Shown piece by piece: positions 7,542-17,563 of a DNA stretch of 55,091 nt. Source of the stretch: a virus (lineage: Duplodnaviria > Caudoviricetes). The position numbers and the translations under genes are program-made. The notes beneath the pieces were generated by a model. It ran no database searches. It was not told where the DNA came from and saw only the letters and a program-made list of their open reading frames with translations. The stretch's first letter is position 1, and each line of letters starts with the position of its first letter. The stretch is taken from IMG/VR virus record IMGVR_UViG_3300030329_005507, positions 1-55,091 of that record; one strand, given 5' to 3'.

Positions 7542-9968
7542 ATGGCAGAGATTAAAATTTCAAATTTAGACTGGTTTGCTACTCTTCCAGAGATGCAACA
7601 AAATATATTGCATCAAAATTATCCAACAGACGAATTAAAACAAGGATGGTTTGATTTAGGTAAACCATTTGTTTACGAAGCACCATATACTTATCCTATA
7701 GATCGTGATCCAATGACAGGACTTGGTCCTGATCCTATTACAAAAATGGTTAATTTCGAAATTAATCCTAATTTAGGAGTTCTTGGTAAATTTAAAATGG
7801 AAAGGAATGTTCCTTTAAAAGAATACAAACAAGATCCTGATCCTGCAAATTACACTTCTCTTGTAGAAACTCCTTATTATATGAAAACACTTCCTTTATA
7901 TTTTACTCCAGCTGCACCATTTGCTGCTGGTTTTGATATAGCAGAAGGATTATATGATTTTAATCCAGCACAAGTTGCAATGTCAGCTCTTGGTGTTAAT
8001 CAAATTTCTAAAACATTACAACTTCTTTTAGCTGCTGGTGGTATTGCAGGGACACCTACAGAAGCTGAAGGAATTACAATAAGCAAAGCAATAGATTATT
8101 TATTAGGAATGCCATTAGCTGCAAAAGGCAAACCAATTACAACATCAGCAAATCAATTATTAAAAAGACTTGAAACCGATTCAAAAATTCCTGGTGGTGT
8201 TGGTGCTAACCAATGGAGAGAGATAAGAGAAAATTTAGAAGAGATTGGTTATGATTTAGATAAAGTTAAAAATGTTGAAGAAGTTTTAGATGATATAAAA
8301 TCTAACAATTGGACAGACAATTTAACAAATAAAGTTGTTGAAACTCCATATGGTAACCTTGACACTACATTTTACAAACCTGATACAAATAATAAAAAAA
8401 TTACTCATAATTCTCAAACTTCTAATCTAGATTCACAAATGCATCAAGGAAGTAATAATTCAAAAGGAGTTGTCTCTCATACAATGTTTGAAATTGAGTC
8501 AGAAAAAGATGGCATGATTGTTCAAAAAGTTTTAAAATTAAAAGAATTCCAAAACGATGCTTCATCTATAATTAGATTTACAGGAGCGAAAGGAACTCCT
8601 AAGAATGATGAATATTTAAGAGCTAATAAAGAATTATGGGAAGCTATGCAAGAGCAAAGAGCTCTAGAAAAAGCGAAATTTGTAAAAGATAATCCTGTGA
8701 TCCAAGGTGTAGAATTACCTTTATCTGTTCCAAGTCACACAGATATTATAACAGAAAAAATAAGTAAAAGAAAATTCGATGCAATAATAAATCATCCACT
8801 TTTCAATTCTAAAAAATTTGAACAGTACAAATTAGATTTTCCTGAAGATTGGAAAAAGATGGAAAATTCTTTATCTGAAAAAGGTTTTATAGACACAAGA
8901 CTGCATATTGAAACAAGAGCTGCAACAAATAAAATTTTTAATGATTTTTCAACAATAATTAGGCAGCTAGATCCAGTGAAAGGATGGAGTGAGACAACAG
9001 GTTTTATTTATAGAGAAGCTCCTTTCCCTAATGTTTTAAACAATCCTAATAAGCCTGCACCTTGGTTACAAGAAGAAGTTTCTAAAATGCTAGATAAAGC
9101 AGCAAATGATCCGAATATAGTTAAAATTACACTTCCAAATGCAGAAGAAGTTATAACAAGATGGAGAACTGCAGGAGATGCAACTCATAATATGTTTAGG
9201 AATCTTTATAACAACGAACTTCCTAAAGTTTTAAAAAAGATGGGAATAAAAGTTTCTGATGATACATCGTTTAAATATGTTAGGAGAAGTGGTGAAGATC
9301 CTTATAATAATTTAATAGATGTTGTAACAACACACCACGCTACACTTCCTATTAATTTACAGAATAGACTTTCAGATGATTTGCAATCTATTACTTTGCG
9401 ATATCGAGATGGAGTTCCTGGAAGAGTATTATCTCTTTCTGATGGGATGGATGGTCATGTTTATAGAAAATATACTATAGCAGGTTTAGATTATGTAGAA
9501 GGTGATCCTAAAGAGTTAATAAAGGAAACTACAAAAGTAGCAAATAAAATGGCAAAAGATTCTATGAAAAGTTTGGGTTCTGATTATATAAATACTTTAG
9601 AAGAATTTAGTGCTGAAATTATAAGAGTTGTTCCTGAAAGTGAAAAAGCGATAGATATATTTTTAGATGTTTATAAAAAAGCTGATAAAAGAGCATCACA
9701 AGGAGCAAGAAAAATTATAGAAAAAATTGGAAAATTAGAAGGGTTAGATTCTGGACAAATAAAAATGGCGATTGATGATATGATGAATGCATATTCAGAA
9801 GTTTTAGCTATTCAACTTCCTAAGATGTTTGAAGGACTTCCTCCTGCATCAAAAGAAATTTTAGAAAAAGCAGGAATTAATAAGAAAAGTTTTAAAGGAG
9901 GAAAGTTCATAGAATTAACACCAGAACTAAGAGATAAAATTACAAACGAAGGCATATATAGGAATTAA
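7542..9968 (+). CDS. 808-aa accessory protein with motifs of large polyvalent/ejected phage proteins
   Basis: Long open frame with SHT-F...KVLKLKEFQND, EAPF...W, LYNNELPKVLKK and IELTPELRDKI; no evident SD. Confidence 0.6.
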   Translation: MAEIKISNLDWFATLPEMQQNILHQNYPTDELKQGWFDLGKPFVYEAPYTYPIDRDPMTGLGPDPITKMVNFEINPNLGVLGKFKMERNVPLKEYKQDPDPANYTSLVETPYYMKTLPLYFTPAAPFAAGFDIAEGLYDFNPAQVAMSALGVNQISKTLQLLLAAGGIAGTPTEAEGITISKAIDYLLGMPLAAKGKPITTSANQLLKRLETDSKIPGGVGANQWREIRENLEEIGYDLDKVKNVEEVLDDIKSNNWTDNLTNKVVETPYGNLDTTFYKPDTNNKKITHNSQTSNLDSQMHQGSNNSKGVVSHTMFEIESEKDGMIVQKVLKLKEFQNDASSIIRFTGAKGTPKNDEYLRANKELWEAMQEQRALEKAKFVKDNPVIQGVELPLSVPSHTDIITEKISKRKFDAIINHPLFNSKKFEQYKLDFPEDWKKMENSLSEKGFIDTRLHIETRAATNKIFNDFSTIIRQLDPVKGWSETTGFIYREAPFPNVLNNPNKPAPWLQEEVSKMLDKAANDPNIVKITLPNAEEVITRWRTAGDATHNMFRNLYNNELPKVLKKMGIKVSDDTSFKYVRRSGEDPYNNLIDVVTTHHATLPINLQNRLSDDLQSITLRYRDGVPGRVLSLSDGMDGHVYRKYTIAGLDYVEGDPKELIKETTKVANKMAKDSMKSLGSDYINTLEEFSAEIIRVVPESEKAIDIFLDVYKKADKRASQGARKIIEKIGKLEGLDSGQIKMAIDDMMNAYSEVLAIQLPKMFEGLPPASKEILEKAGINKKSFKGGKFIELTPELRDKITNEGIYRN

Positions 9969-9971
9969 GCA

Positions 9972-10005
9972 TTTACTTTTAAGCAGTTTTCAAGTAATAA
10001 TTAAA
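9972..10005 (+). promoter_or_regulatory. Putative promoter TTTACT...TAATAATTAAA
   Basis: Same -35 hexamer as the early promoters; near-twin at 53423-53455. Confidence 0.45.
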
Positions 10006-10008
10006 TAG

Positions 10009-10066
10009 GTCTGGGATTTTTACTCTAAAGACTGCCCCAGCAGACGCTCAAGAAGACTTTAGAGTG
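10009..10066 (+). ncRNA. Pseudoknotted structured RNA, probably Mu-gpT-DE-like
   Basis: CTGGG(10011-15)/CCCAG(10036-40) interleaved with ACTCTAAAG(10022-30)/CTTTAGAGT(10057-65); GC-richer than its flanks. The family name is from recollection of the genomic context. Confidence 0.55.
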
Positions 10067-10092
10067 CAACCTTTTTTGAGAAGGATTTTATT

Positions 10093-10548
10093 ATGGGAAC
10101 AACTCGTTTTTCAGGTCCAATAAAAGCTGGAACAATCGCCGATACAACAGGAACTACAGTTGGAACAGATGTTAAAAATGTAGGTTTTGTTAAAATGGCA
10201 CAATCAGCAACTTGGGAACAATCTACAACAGCAGCAGATACAGGGATAACAATTCCTGCAAATAGTCAAATAACAGAAGTAACTGTTTACATTACAACAG
10301 CTTGTAATGGTGCTTCGCAAAATTTAAGTGTTGGCACATCTACTGCATCTACTGAAGTATTTACAGCACTAGCACTAGGAACTGCTGCTGATGTAATTAA
10401 ATTCGGTTCAGCTGGAACTATAACTGATGCTGATACATGGAAAGATATTGGTACTGCTGATAAATCTATTTATGTTGATTTCTCTGCTGGTACTGCTGGT
10501 CGAGGAGTGATAACTGTAGATTATATTCAGAACATTAATCTTGCATAA
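10093..10548 (+). CDS. Virion structural protein
   Basis: MGTTRFSGPIKAG start, IPANSQI motif, Thr/Ala-rich beta composition. Confidence 0.7.
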   Translation: MGTTRFSGPIKAGTIADTTGTTVGTDVKNVGFVKMAQSATWEQSTTAADTGITIPANSQITEVTVYITTACNGASQNLSVGTSTASTEVFTALALGTAADVIKFGSAGTITDADTWKDIGTADKSIYVDFSAGTAGRGVITVDYIQNINLA

Positions 10549-10559
10549 GGAGAAATTTA

Positions 10560-10973
10560 ATGGCTGATATAACAACTACAACAACGATAAATGATAGTGT
10601 CAGAGAAGTTGTTATGGCATTCCAATATCAATATATTGATACTGGTAATGAAAGTGCTGTATTAAAAGTTGATGTTTCTTCATTAAAAAAGAATAGCAAT
10701 GGAGATTCATGCACTAGTGTTCGAATTGTCGAAGCATGGTGGACCATTTATGGCATGACTGTTGAAATTTTAGCAGATGCATCAACCGATGTTATAATGA
10801 TGCATCTTGATGCTGACCAATCAGGATATCAGGATTTTACTAGATTTGGTGGATTGCCATCTACAAAAACTTACGGAACTTCTCCTGGTGGTGATATAAA
10901 ATTTACAACAACTGGAGCAGGAGCAGTAACAGATAGTTATCAGATTTGTTTAAGGATGCAAAAGTTATATTAA
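10560..10973 (+). CDS. Virion structural protein
   Basis: ESAVLKVDVSSL...DFTRFGGL...GDIKFTT in the structural operon. Confidence 0.7.
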   Translation: MADITTTTTINDSVREVVMAFQYQYIDTGNESAVLKVDVSSLKKNSNGDSCTSVRIVEAWWTIYGMTVEILADASTDVIMMHLDADQSGYQDFTRFGGLPSTKTYGTSPGGDIKFTTTGAGAVTDSYQICLRMQKLY

Positions 10974-10974
10974 A

Positions 10975-11658
10975 ATGGCAACATCTGGAACAGTAACATT
11001 TAGACCAAATATTGAGGAAGTTATTGCTGAAGCATTTGAAAGATGCGGAATAGATCCTCAAACACAAACAGGAGACAGAGCAGTTTCAGCACGAAGAAGT
11101 TTGAATCTGCTTTTCTCCGAGTGGTCGAATCGTGGTTGGAATTATTGGACAGTGCAATATAAGACAATATCGACAGTTGCAGCACAGTCTGATTATACTT
11201 TATCAACAGGTCTAGTTGATATTATAAGTACAGTTTATAGAAAAGTTTCTGGTTCAACTTCAAGCGACCAGATCGTTAATAGAGTTTCAATATCAGATTA
11301 TAATCAACTCCCTGATAAAACGACAAGTGGAGTTTCTTCACAATATATGCTGAATAGACAATACACACCAGTAATGACTGTTTGGCCAGTGCCAGACAAT
11401 GCTGATGATTCGATAAGATATTATGGTGTATTTCAATTAGATGATGCTTCTGCATCTAATCAAGATGCTGATGTTCCATATCGGTGGTCAGATGCTATGT
11501 GCTCTGGACTTGCAGCAAAACTTGCTGTAAAATATGCACCAGATCGTGTTCAATTATTAATGCAAGATGCAGAAAAAGCATTTCAATTTGCTTCAGCAGA
11601 AGAGGGAGCAAATGTTTCTTTAAGAATAAGACCAACAGGACTGAATTTAAATGGCTAG
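10975..11658 (+). CDS. Head-tail connector/tail tubular protein A-like
   Basis: MATSGT, EAFERCG, ARRSLNLLFSEWSNRG, VWPVPD motifs. Confidence 0.75.
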   Translation: MATSGTVTFRPNIEEVIAEAFERCGIDPQTQTGDRAVSARRSLNLLFSEWSNRGWNYWTVQYKTISTVAAQSDYTLSTGLVDIISTVYRKVSGSTSSDQIVNRVSISDYNQLPDKTTSGVSSQYMLNRQYTPVMTVWPVPDNADDSIRYYGVFQLDDASASNQDADVPYRWSDAMCSGLAAKLAVKYAPDRVQLLMQDAEKAFQFASAEEGANVSLRIRPTGLNLNG

Positions 11659-12529
11659 ATATGCAACAGGGAAAAAATCATTAGCAATTTCAGATCGTAG
11701 TGGTTTTCGTCTTAAATATAAAAATTTAAAAACTGAATGGAATAATCTTCGTGTTGAGCCAGAAGAATATGATCCAAAGCAACCTCAATTAACTCCTGCA
11801 AAAAATGTAATAGATGCTGTTGCTTTATTCCAACCGAGACCAGATAATGATCCTACTAATGTTTGGATTAATTTGCAATATGGTTGGTTTGATTTTAATA
11901 AAGCCAAAACTGATGCTGATGGATTTACACAAAGGTCTTTAGACTCTACACAATATCAAAAACCTCAAATGCCCCATGCAAAAGGTAATGTCGGAAATGT
12001 TTCTATTGAATTCCCAACAATAATTAATCAAACTGGAGTTAGTGCAACAGGTTTCACTTCACCTTATGCTCCTTTAATAAAACTTTCTCCAACACAAAGT
12101 GGAGTTGCTGCAACAGGAAATATAGGAACTATTGCAGGGTTTACAACTGAACAAGCATTAACAGGTGTCGCAGGTACAGGTGTAATAGGAACTTATGCAG
12201 AAACAGATGGTGTTAATTTAAGTATTACTGAAGCAGGTGTCGCAGGTACAGGTGCAATAGGAACAGCATCAGCAAATCCAGACCATAATAGGTGGGGGAT
12301 TGGTCCTTGGGGAACAGGTGCTTGGGGAATAAGTAATCCAGCCCCAGAAGTTGATGTAACAGGTGTCGCAGCAACAGGTGCTCTTGGAACTATATCAAGT
12401 ATAACAACAGGTGCTTCAGTAACAGAAACAGGTGTCGCAGGTACAGGTGCTCTTGGCTCAATATCTGTAACAACTACATATACATCTTGGGGTGATGAAT
12501 CTTGGGGTGATAGCACTTGGGGACAATAA
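11651..12529 (+). CDS. Structural protein with GVAGTG repeats and Trp-Gly motifs
   Basis: N-domain AISDRSGF...EW...PKQPQL...RPD; repeated caggtgtcgcaggtacaggtg; WGxxxWG motifs. Confidence 0.7.
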   Translation: MARYATGKKSLAISDRSGFRLKYKNLKTEWNNLRVEPEEYDPKQPQLTPAKNVIDAVALFQPRPDNDPTNVWINLQYGWFDFNKAKTDADGFTQRSLDSTQYQKPQMPHAKGNVGNVSIEFPTIINQTGVSATGFTSPYAPLIKLSPTQSGVAATGNIGTIAGFTTEQALTGVAGTGVIGTYAETDGVNLSITEAGVAGTGAIGTASANPDHNRWGIGPWGTGAWGISNPAPEVDVTGVAATGALGTISSITTGASVTETGVAGTGALGSISVTTTYTSWGDESWGDSTWGQ

Positions 12530-12532
12530 CAT

Positions 12533-13156
12533 ATGAATTATAGTGAATTAAAAACAAATATACAAAATTTTTTAGAAGATGATGGCACAGAATTATCTAG
12601 TTCTTTAGATGTAATAATAGAACAAGCTGAAGCAATGATATTCCAAAGAGCTCCTAATTTGCCTTGTTATAGAGGTTCAGCAACAGGATCTTTGGTAGTT
12701 GGTCAAACCAATTATACAATTGCAACAGCAAGAATGATTAGACAAGTTTCAATTACAAGTTCAAGCAATACAGTTTATCTAAATCATAGAATTGACTCAT
12801 ACTTGAATGATTATTGGAAAAATCCAAGCACACAAGGACAGCCAGAAATGTATAGTACACAATCTGCTTCAACGTCTGGAACAGTTATTAAACTTGCTCC
12901 AACACCAGATTCTACTTATGCTTATGCAGTTGATTATATTGCTCCTGAAACTGGTTTATCTTCAGGAAATACAACAACTTGGATAAGTAATAATGCAACT
13001 AATGTCTTGTTAAGTGCTTGTTTAAGTGAAGCTTCTGCTTTTCTTAAAGCACCAGAAACGTTATCTTTATATAAAACTCAATTCGATGAAGCGATGGCGA
13101 TGCTTCAAGAAGAGATGAAAAGAGATTATGCAGCAGAATACAACGGAGGAATATAA
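12533..13156 (+). CDS. Head-tail adaptor-like protein
   Basis: MNYSELKTNIQNF, LAPTPD, TTWIS, LLSACLSEA. Confidence 0.7.
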   Translation: MNYSELKTNIQNFLEDDGTELSSSLDVIIEQAEAMIFQRAPNLPCYRGSATGSLVVGQTNYTIATARMIRQVSITSSSNTVYLNHRIDSYLNDYWKNPSTQGQPEMYSTQSASTSGTVIKLAPTPDSTYAYAVDYIAPETGLSSGNTTTWISNNATNVLLSACLSEASAFLKAPETLSLYKTQFDEAMAMLQEEMKRDYAAEYNGGI

Positions 13157-13572
13157 TGGCCATATCACAAGCAATGTGCACAAGTTTTAAAGCTGAATGT
13201 TTAGATGAACAGCATGACTTGGCAGCAGATACAATAAAAATAGCTCTTTATACGAGCAGTGCATCATTAGGTGCAGGAACAACAGCATATAGCACATCGA
13301 ATGAAATTACAGGAACTGGATATTCAGCAGGTGGTGAAACATTAACAAGTACTGTTGTCGCAACAACAGGGACAACAGCATATTTTGATGCTGCTGATCC
13401 TTCTTGGAGTTCAGCAAGTTTTACTGCTAATGGTGCTTTGATTTATAATAGTTCAAATGGAAATAAAGCAATTGCAGTTCTTGCTTTTGGTGGAGACTTT
13501 ACAGTAAGTGGTGGAACATTTACAATAGTTTTCCCAGCTCCAGGAGCAGCAGCAATTATAAGGATAGATTAA
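13156..13572 (+). CDS. Tail structural protein
   Basis: MAISQAMCTSFK, KIALYT, GYSAGG, GALIYN, GTFTIVFP. Confidence 0.75.
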   Translation: MAISQAMCTSFKAECLDEQHDLAADTIKIALYTSSASLGAGTTAYSTSNEITGTGYSAGGETLTSTVVATTGTTAYFDAADPSWSSASFTANGALIYNSSNGNKAIAVLAFGGDFTVSGGTFTIVFPAPGAAAIIRID

Positions 13573-13573
13573 A

Positions 13574-14980
13574 ATGGCAAGTTCATATTCTACAAATTTT
13601 GGCATAGAGGAAATGGCAACAGGCGATCAGTCTGGTACATGGGGAACAACAACAAATTATAATTTTGACATAATAGATAGACTGGCAGCATATGGTACTG
13701 TTGCTTTGTCCGATGCTTCAACAGCAACATTGACAGTAAGAGCTGCATCTCCTTCTTCTGGATCTAGTAATGTTCAGAGTGGAATGTATCGTGTAGTCAA
13801 ATTTACAGGGACATTAAGTCAACACTGTACAATAACGATCGCACCAGCAACAACAACAGCATATTTTATGATCCAGAATGCTACTTCTGGAGGTTATAAT
13901 ATTCTTATGTCTCAAGGGAGTGGAGCAGCAAAAGTAACAATTCCTAGTGCAAAAACGAATATTATTTATTGTGATGGTAGCGATGAAGTTATTTCTATAA
14001 CAGATAAACTTGCTTTTGGTAATCTTGCTCTTGCAGCCAATACTTTATCAAGCACCGATACTAATGGTGATATTAATTTAGCACCTAATGGAACAGGAGA
14101 TGTTGTTCTTGATACAGATCTTGTTAAAATTGGTGGTGGTTCTGAAAATGGTGTAATAACATCAAATGGTGCATATGATTTAACTTTAGAAACTAATTCT
14201 GGGACAAATTCTAGTAAAATTACAATTACTGATGCTGCAAATGGTAATGTTTCTGTAATTCCTAATGGAACAGGGGAATTAGTTATAGGGAGTGGTTCTG
14301 CTGAAGGAAAAATTACAACAAATGGCGCATTTGATTTAGAATTAGATACAAATGGGGGAACTAATTCTGGTGTCATTAAAATAGTTGATGCTGCAAATGG
14401 GAATATTGAGTTAACTCCTAATGGCACAGGAGAAATATCTGTAGGAAGTGGTGCTGCTTCAGGTAAAATATCATCAAATGGTGCATTTGACCTTGAATTA
14501 GATACTAATGGTGGCACAAACTCTGGTTCAATTGTAATTACCGATGGTGCGAATGGTGATATAACAATAGCAACTAATGGTACAGGTGCTATTGTTCTTT
14601 CTGATGATGTAGTGCAACAAGCACAAATGAAAGATTATGCAGAAACTGTTTATGCGAATGGTTCTAAAACAGCAGCATTTAATTTAGATTTAACAAATGG
14701 AAATGTCCAATCATTTACTGTAGGTAGTGGAACATTTAATGTAGGAATTACAAATTCATTGGCAAGTCATTCTAATTCTATAACTCTTATTATTACAAAT
14801 GGGGGAGCTGGTACAATTACATTTAAAGCTGGAGCTCATGATGGAGGAGGAAATTCTGCTAAATGGGCAGGAGGAAGTGCTCCTACATTAACAACTTCTG
14901 GAGTTGATGTTATTACATTAACAACTTTTGATGGTGGCACTAATTTTTATGGCTTTGCTGCAGGATTGGCGATGGCATAA
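13574..14980 (+). CDS. Tail fibre with three 52-aa internal repeats
   Basis: SGTWGTTTN N-terminus; repeat period 156 nt (14165, 14321, 14477); C-terminal WAGGSAPTLT...DV...DGG. Confidence 0.8.
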   Translation: MASSYSTNFGIEEMATGDQSGTWGTTTNYNFDIIDRLAAYGTVALSDASTATLTVRAASPSSGSSNVQSGMYRVVKFTGTLSQHCTITIAPATTTAYFMIQNATSGGYNILMSQGSGAAKVTIPSAKTNIIYCDGSDEVISITDKLAFGNLALAANTLSSTDTNGDINLAPNGTGDVVLDTDLVKIGGGSENGVITSNGAYDLTLETNSGTNSSKITITDAANGNVSVIPNGTGELVIGSGSAEGKITTNGAFDLELDTNGGTNSGVIKIVDAANGNIELTPNGTGEISVGSGAASGKISSNGAFDLELDTNGGTNSGSIVITDGANGDITIATNGTGAIVLSDDVVQQAQMKDYAETVYANGSKTAAFNLDLTNGNVQSFTVGSGTFNVGITNSLASHSNSITLIITNGGAGTITFKAGAHDGGGNSAKWAGGSAPTLTTSGVDVITLTTFDGGTNFYGFAAGLAMA

Positions 14981-17544
14981 TGAGTTTAGGAGCTAACAAA
15001 CAAGCATTAATGGGTGCTGCTGGAAGTTCTGGAGCTTCTGATAATTTCTATACACATCAAATAGCAAATTCAGTTAGAATGAGTTTGAGTGGAAATAGCA
15101 CTTTAAAATTTACAGCAGGTACTCCGACAAGTGGTAAAACTTTTACATATAGTTGGTGGTTTAAAAGATATGATATTGATAGTACCTCTACTCAAAGCAG
15201 TAATGTTTTTTGTGCAGGAACAGGTGGTGGTACTTATGTATTTTGGCCATTTACTAATAGCTCTACACCACAATTTAATGGTAATTTTTCTGGTGGTAAT
15301 TTTGGAGATAATCGTTTAACCACAAATATGGAGTTTAGAGATCCATCGGCATGGTATCATTGTGTATTAAGATTTGATAGCACTCAATCATCATCTTCAC
15401 AGAGAGTTCGTCTGTACGTTAATGGTGAAGAACCAACATATGAGGATGCTTCTGTTCAATCGGCTATAGCACAAGATGGAACTTATTCATTTATGAATGC
15501 AAGTGGAGTAGTACAATCTTGGGGTGGTATTTCTGGAGTGGGTACTGGATCTGAAGGTGTTGATGTTCAACTAGCAGAGATCGTAATGTGCGATGGGCAA
15601 AGTTATGCTCCAACTGAGTTTGGAGAAACAAAAAATGGTGTGTGGATTCCTAAAGATCCAAGTGGATTAACATTTGGAAACAATGGTTATTATCTTAAAT
15701 TTACAAACAGTAGTAATTTAGGAGAAGATTTTTCTGGTAATGATAATGATTTTACTGTAGCAAATATATCATCATTTGACCAAATGACTGATACTCCAAC
15801 TAATAATTTTTGTACTATAAATCCTGTATATAGAGGAGAACAAACAACTGATGCAAAGTATGGAGTTTTATCTAAAGGTAATTTACAAATTGAATATAGT
15901 GGTAGTACAGATGGGCAACGTCCAGGCACAATTAAAGTACCAGCTTCTGGAAAATGGTATTTTGAATATGCAATAACTGGTGGTGGAGGTTCAAGCAGTT
16001 ATTCTCCAGCAGCAGGTATTATTGATCCTAATACATATACTATGAATGGAGGTAATTATAATGATACTGGTTCTATTCAATATACCAATAGTGAAAATAA
16101 AGTTAGAAAAAATGGTTCAATAGTAGGAACATATAGTGGCTCAAGAGGTTCTAATGGTGATGTCATGGGTATTGCTGCGGATATGGATAATGGTGCTTTT
16201 TATGTTAGTAAAAACGGAACATGGTATGCTATAAGTGGAGGTTCTACAGGTGATCCAACTTCAGGTGCTAGTAAAACTGGAGCAGGTGCAACATGGACAC
16301 CAGCATCAGAATATATGAATGGCATGGTTCCTTTAGCAGCTCCAACTGGAGGAAGCCAACCAATAATAATTATGAATTTTGGACAAGAAGGTACTTTTGC
16401 AAACACAGAAACAGCAGGTGATAACAGTGATGAAAATGGTTATGGTAATTTTTTCAGTGCTGTGCCATCTGGCTATTTAGCAATATGCACACAAAATTTA
16501 ACTGTTGCAGATGCAATTGATCCTGCACAGACTGACGACAATTTTCCAAAAGAATTATTTTTCATGGCTAGTTATAGTGGTAATTTAACTGGCAGAACTA
16601 TAACTACAGAAAATCAACCAGATTTAATAATTAATAGACATTCTAATACAGCTCAAAATTGGTATTATGTAGATTCTACTAGAGGAATAACAGCTAATAA
16701 ATATATTATATCAGACACAAATGCTGCTGAAGCAACTTTTCCTCAAAGTAATTACACTTCTGTAGGTGCTACTTCAGTAGGTATATCAAGTGGAACGTGG
16801 TTAAATAGTACAGGTTCAGAATATAAAATGTGGATGTTGAGAGCAAATGGAGGGACTACATCTTCTGGCTCTGGGGATTTAACATCAACACATCAAGTCG
16901 ATCCTAGTGGTGGATTTTCTATTGTTAAAGCAGTAGGTGATGGAGGATCTGGATCTAAAACTGTTTCACATGGCATGTCAGCAGCTCCAGATTGTATTCT
17001 AGCTAAAAATTTAGATTCTACTTTTAACTGGGATACTTACTGGTCTTCTGGTATTACTGCTACAAAATCATTGAGATTAAATACAAATGAAGGACAACAG
17101 ACAGGTCGTTGGGGCACAGTTAATTCTTCTATATTTACATGTGAATATAATTATACTTGGGTAGGTACAGATAACTTTATTTATTATTGTTTCAGAAACA
17201 TAGAAGGATATATTAAAGTGGGCAACTATATGGGCAATGGAAATTCAGATGGTCCATTTGTATACACAGGATTCAAACCTGCATTTGTGATGATAAAAGG
17301 TGCAGTATCAGGTGCAGCATGGGCATTGCAAGATAATACAATTTCTCCTTTTAATCCTTCTCCTGGAATTTTAGAGCCAAATAGTAATGGTGCTTTATAC
17401 ACAACTGCAAATCCAAATTTAGATATTTTAAGTAATGGTTTCAAAGTAGAAAATAACAATGCAATGATGAATAGCACAAGCTATGATCCTTATGTATATT
17501 TAGCCATAGCAGAAAATCCATTTAAATATGCACTAGGTCGATGA
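14980..17544 (+). CDS. Tail fibre/receptor-binding protein with ConA/LamG- and SPRY-like domains
   Basis: FRDPSAWYH, TFGNNGYYLKF, SGKWYFE, NFGQ, GPFVYTGFKPAFVMIK, YLAIAENPFK. Confidence 0.8.
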   Translation: MSLGANKQALMGAAGSSGASDNFYTHQIANSVRMSLSGNSTLKFTAGTPTSGKTFTYSWWFKRYDIDSTSTQSSNVFCAGTGGGTYVFWPFTNSSTPQFNGNFSGGNFGDNRLTTNMEFRDPSAWYHCVLRFDSTQSSSSQRVRLYVNGEEPTYEDASVQSAIAQDGTYSFMNASGVVQSWGGISGVGTGSEGVDVQLAEIVMCDGQSYAPTEFGETKNGVWIPKDPSGLTFGNNGYYLKFTNSSNLGEDFSGNDNDFTVANISSFDQMTDTPTNNFCTINPVYRGEQTTDAKYGVLSKGNLQIEYSGSTDGQRPGTIKVPASGKWYFEYAITGGGGSSSYSPAAGIIDPNTYTMNGGNYNDTGSIQYTNSENKVRKNGSIVGTYSGSRGSNGDVMGIAADMDNGAFYVSKNGTWYAISGGSTGDPTSGASKTGAGATWTPASEYMNGMVPLAAPTGGSQPIIIMNFGQEGTFANTETAGDNSDENGYGNFFSAVPSGYLAICTQNLTVADAIDPAQTDDNFPKELFFMASYSGNLTGRTITTENQPDLIINRHSNTAQNWYYVDSTRGITANKYIISDTNAAEATFPQSNYTSVGATSVGISSGTWLNSTGSEYKMWMLRANGGTTSSGSGDLTSTHQVDPSGGFSIVKAVGDGGSGSKTVSHGMSAAPDCILAKNLDSTFNWDTYWSSGITATKSLRLNTNEGQQTGRWGTVNSSIFTCEYNYTWVGTDNFIYYCFRNIEGYIKVGNYMGNGNSDGPFVYTGFKPAFVMIKGAVSGAAWALQDNTISPFNPSPGILEPNSNGALYTTANPNLDILSNGFKVENNNAMMNSTSYDPYVYLAIAENPFKYALGR

Positions 17545-17563
17545 TTAATAAAGGAGAAAAACA

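Noticed and set aside
12160-12455. CRISPR-like or DGR-like repeats (caggtgtcgcaggtacaggtg)
   Set aside because: They are in-frame coding repeats with irregular spacing. No cas gene, reverse transcriptase or adenine-specific template/variable pair was seen.
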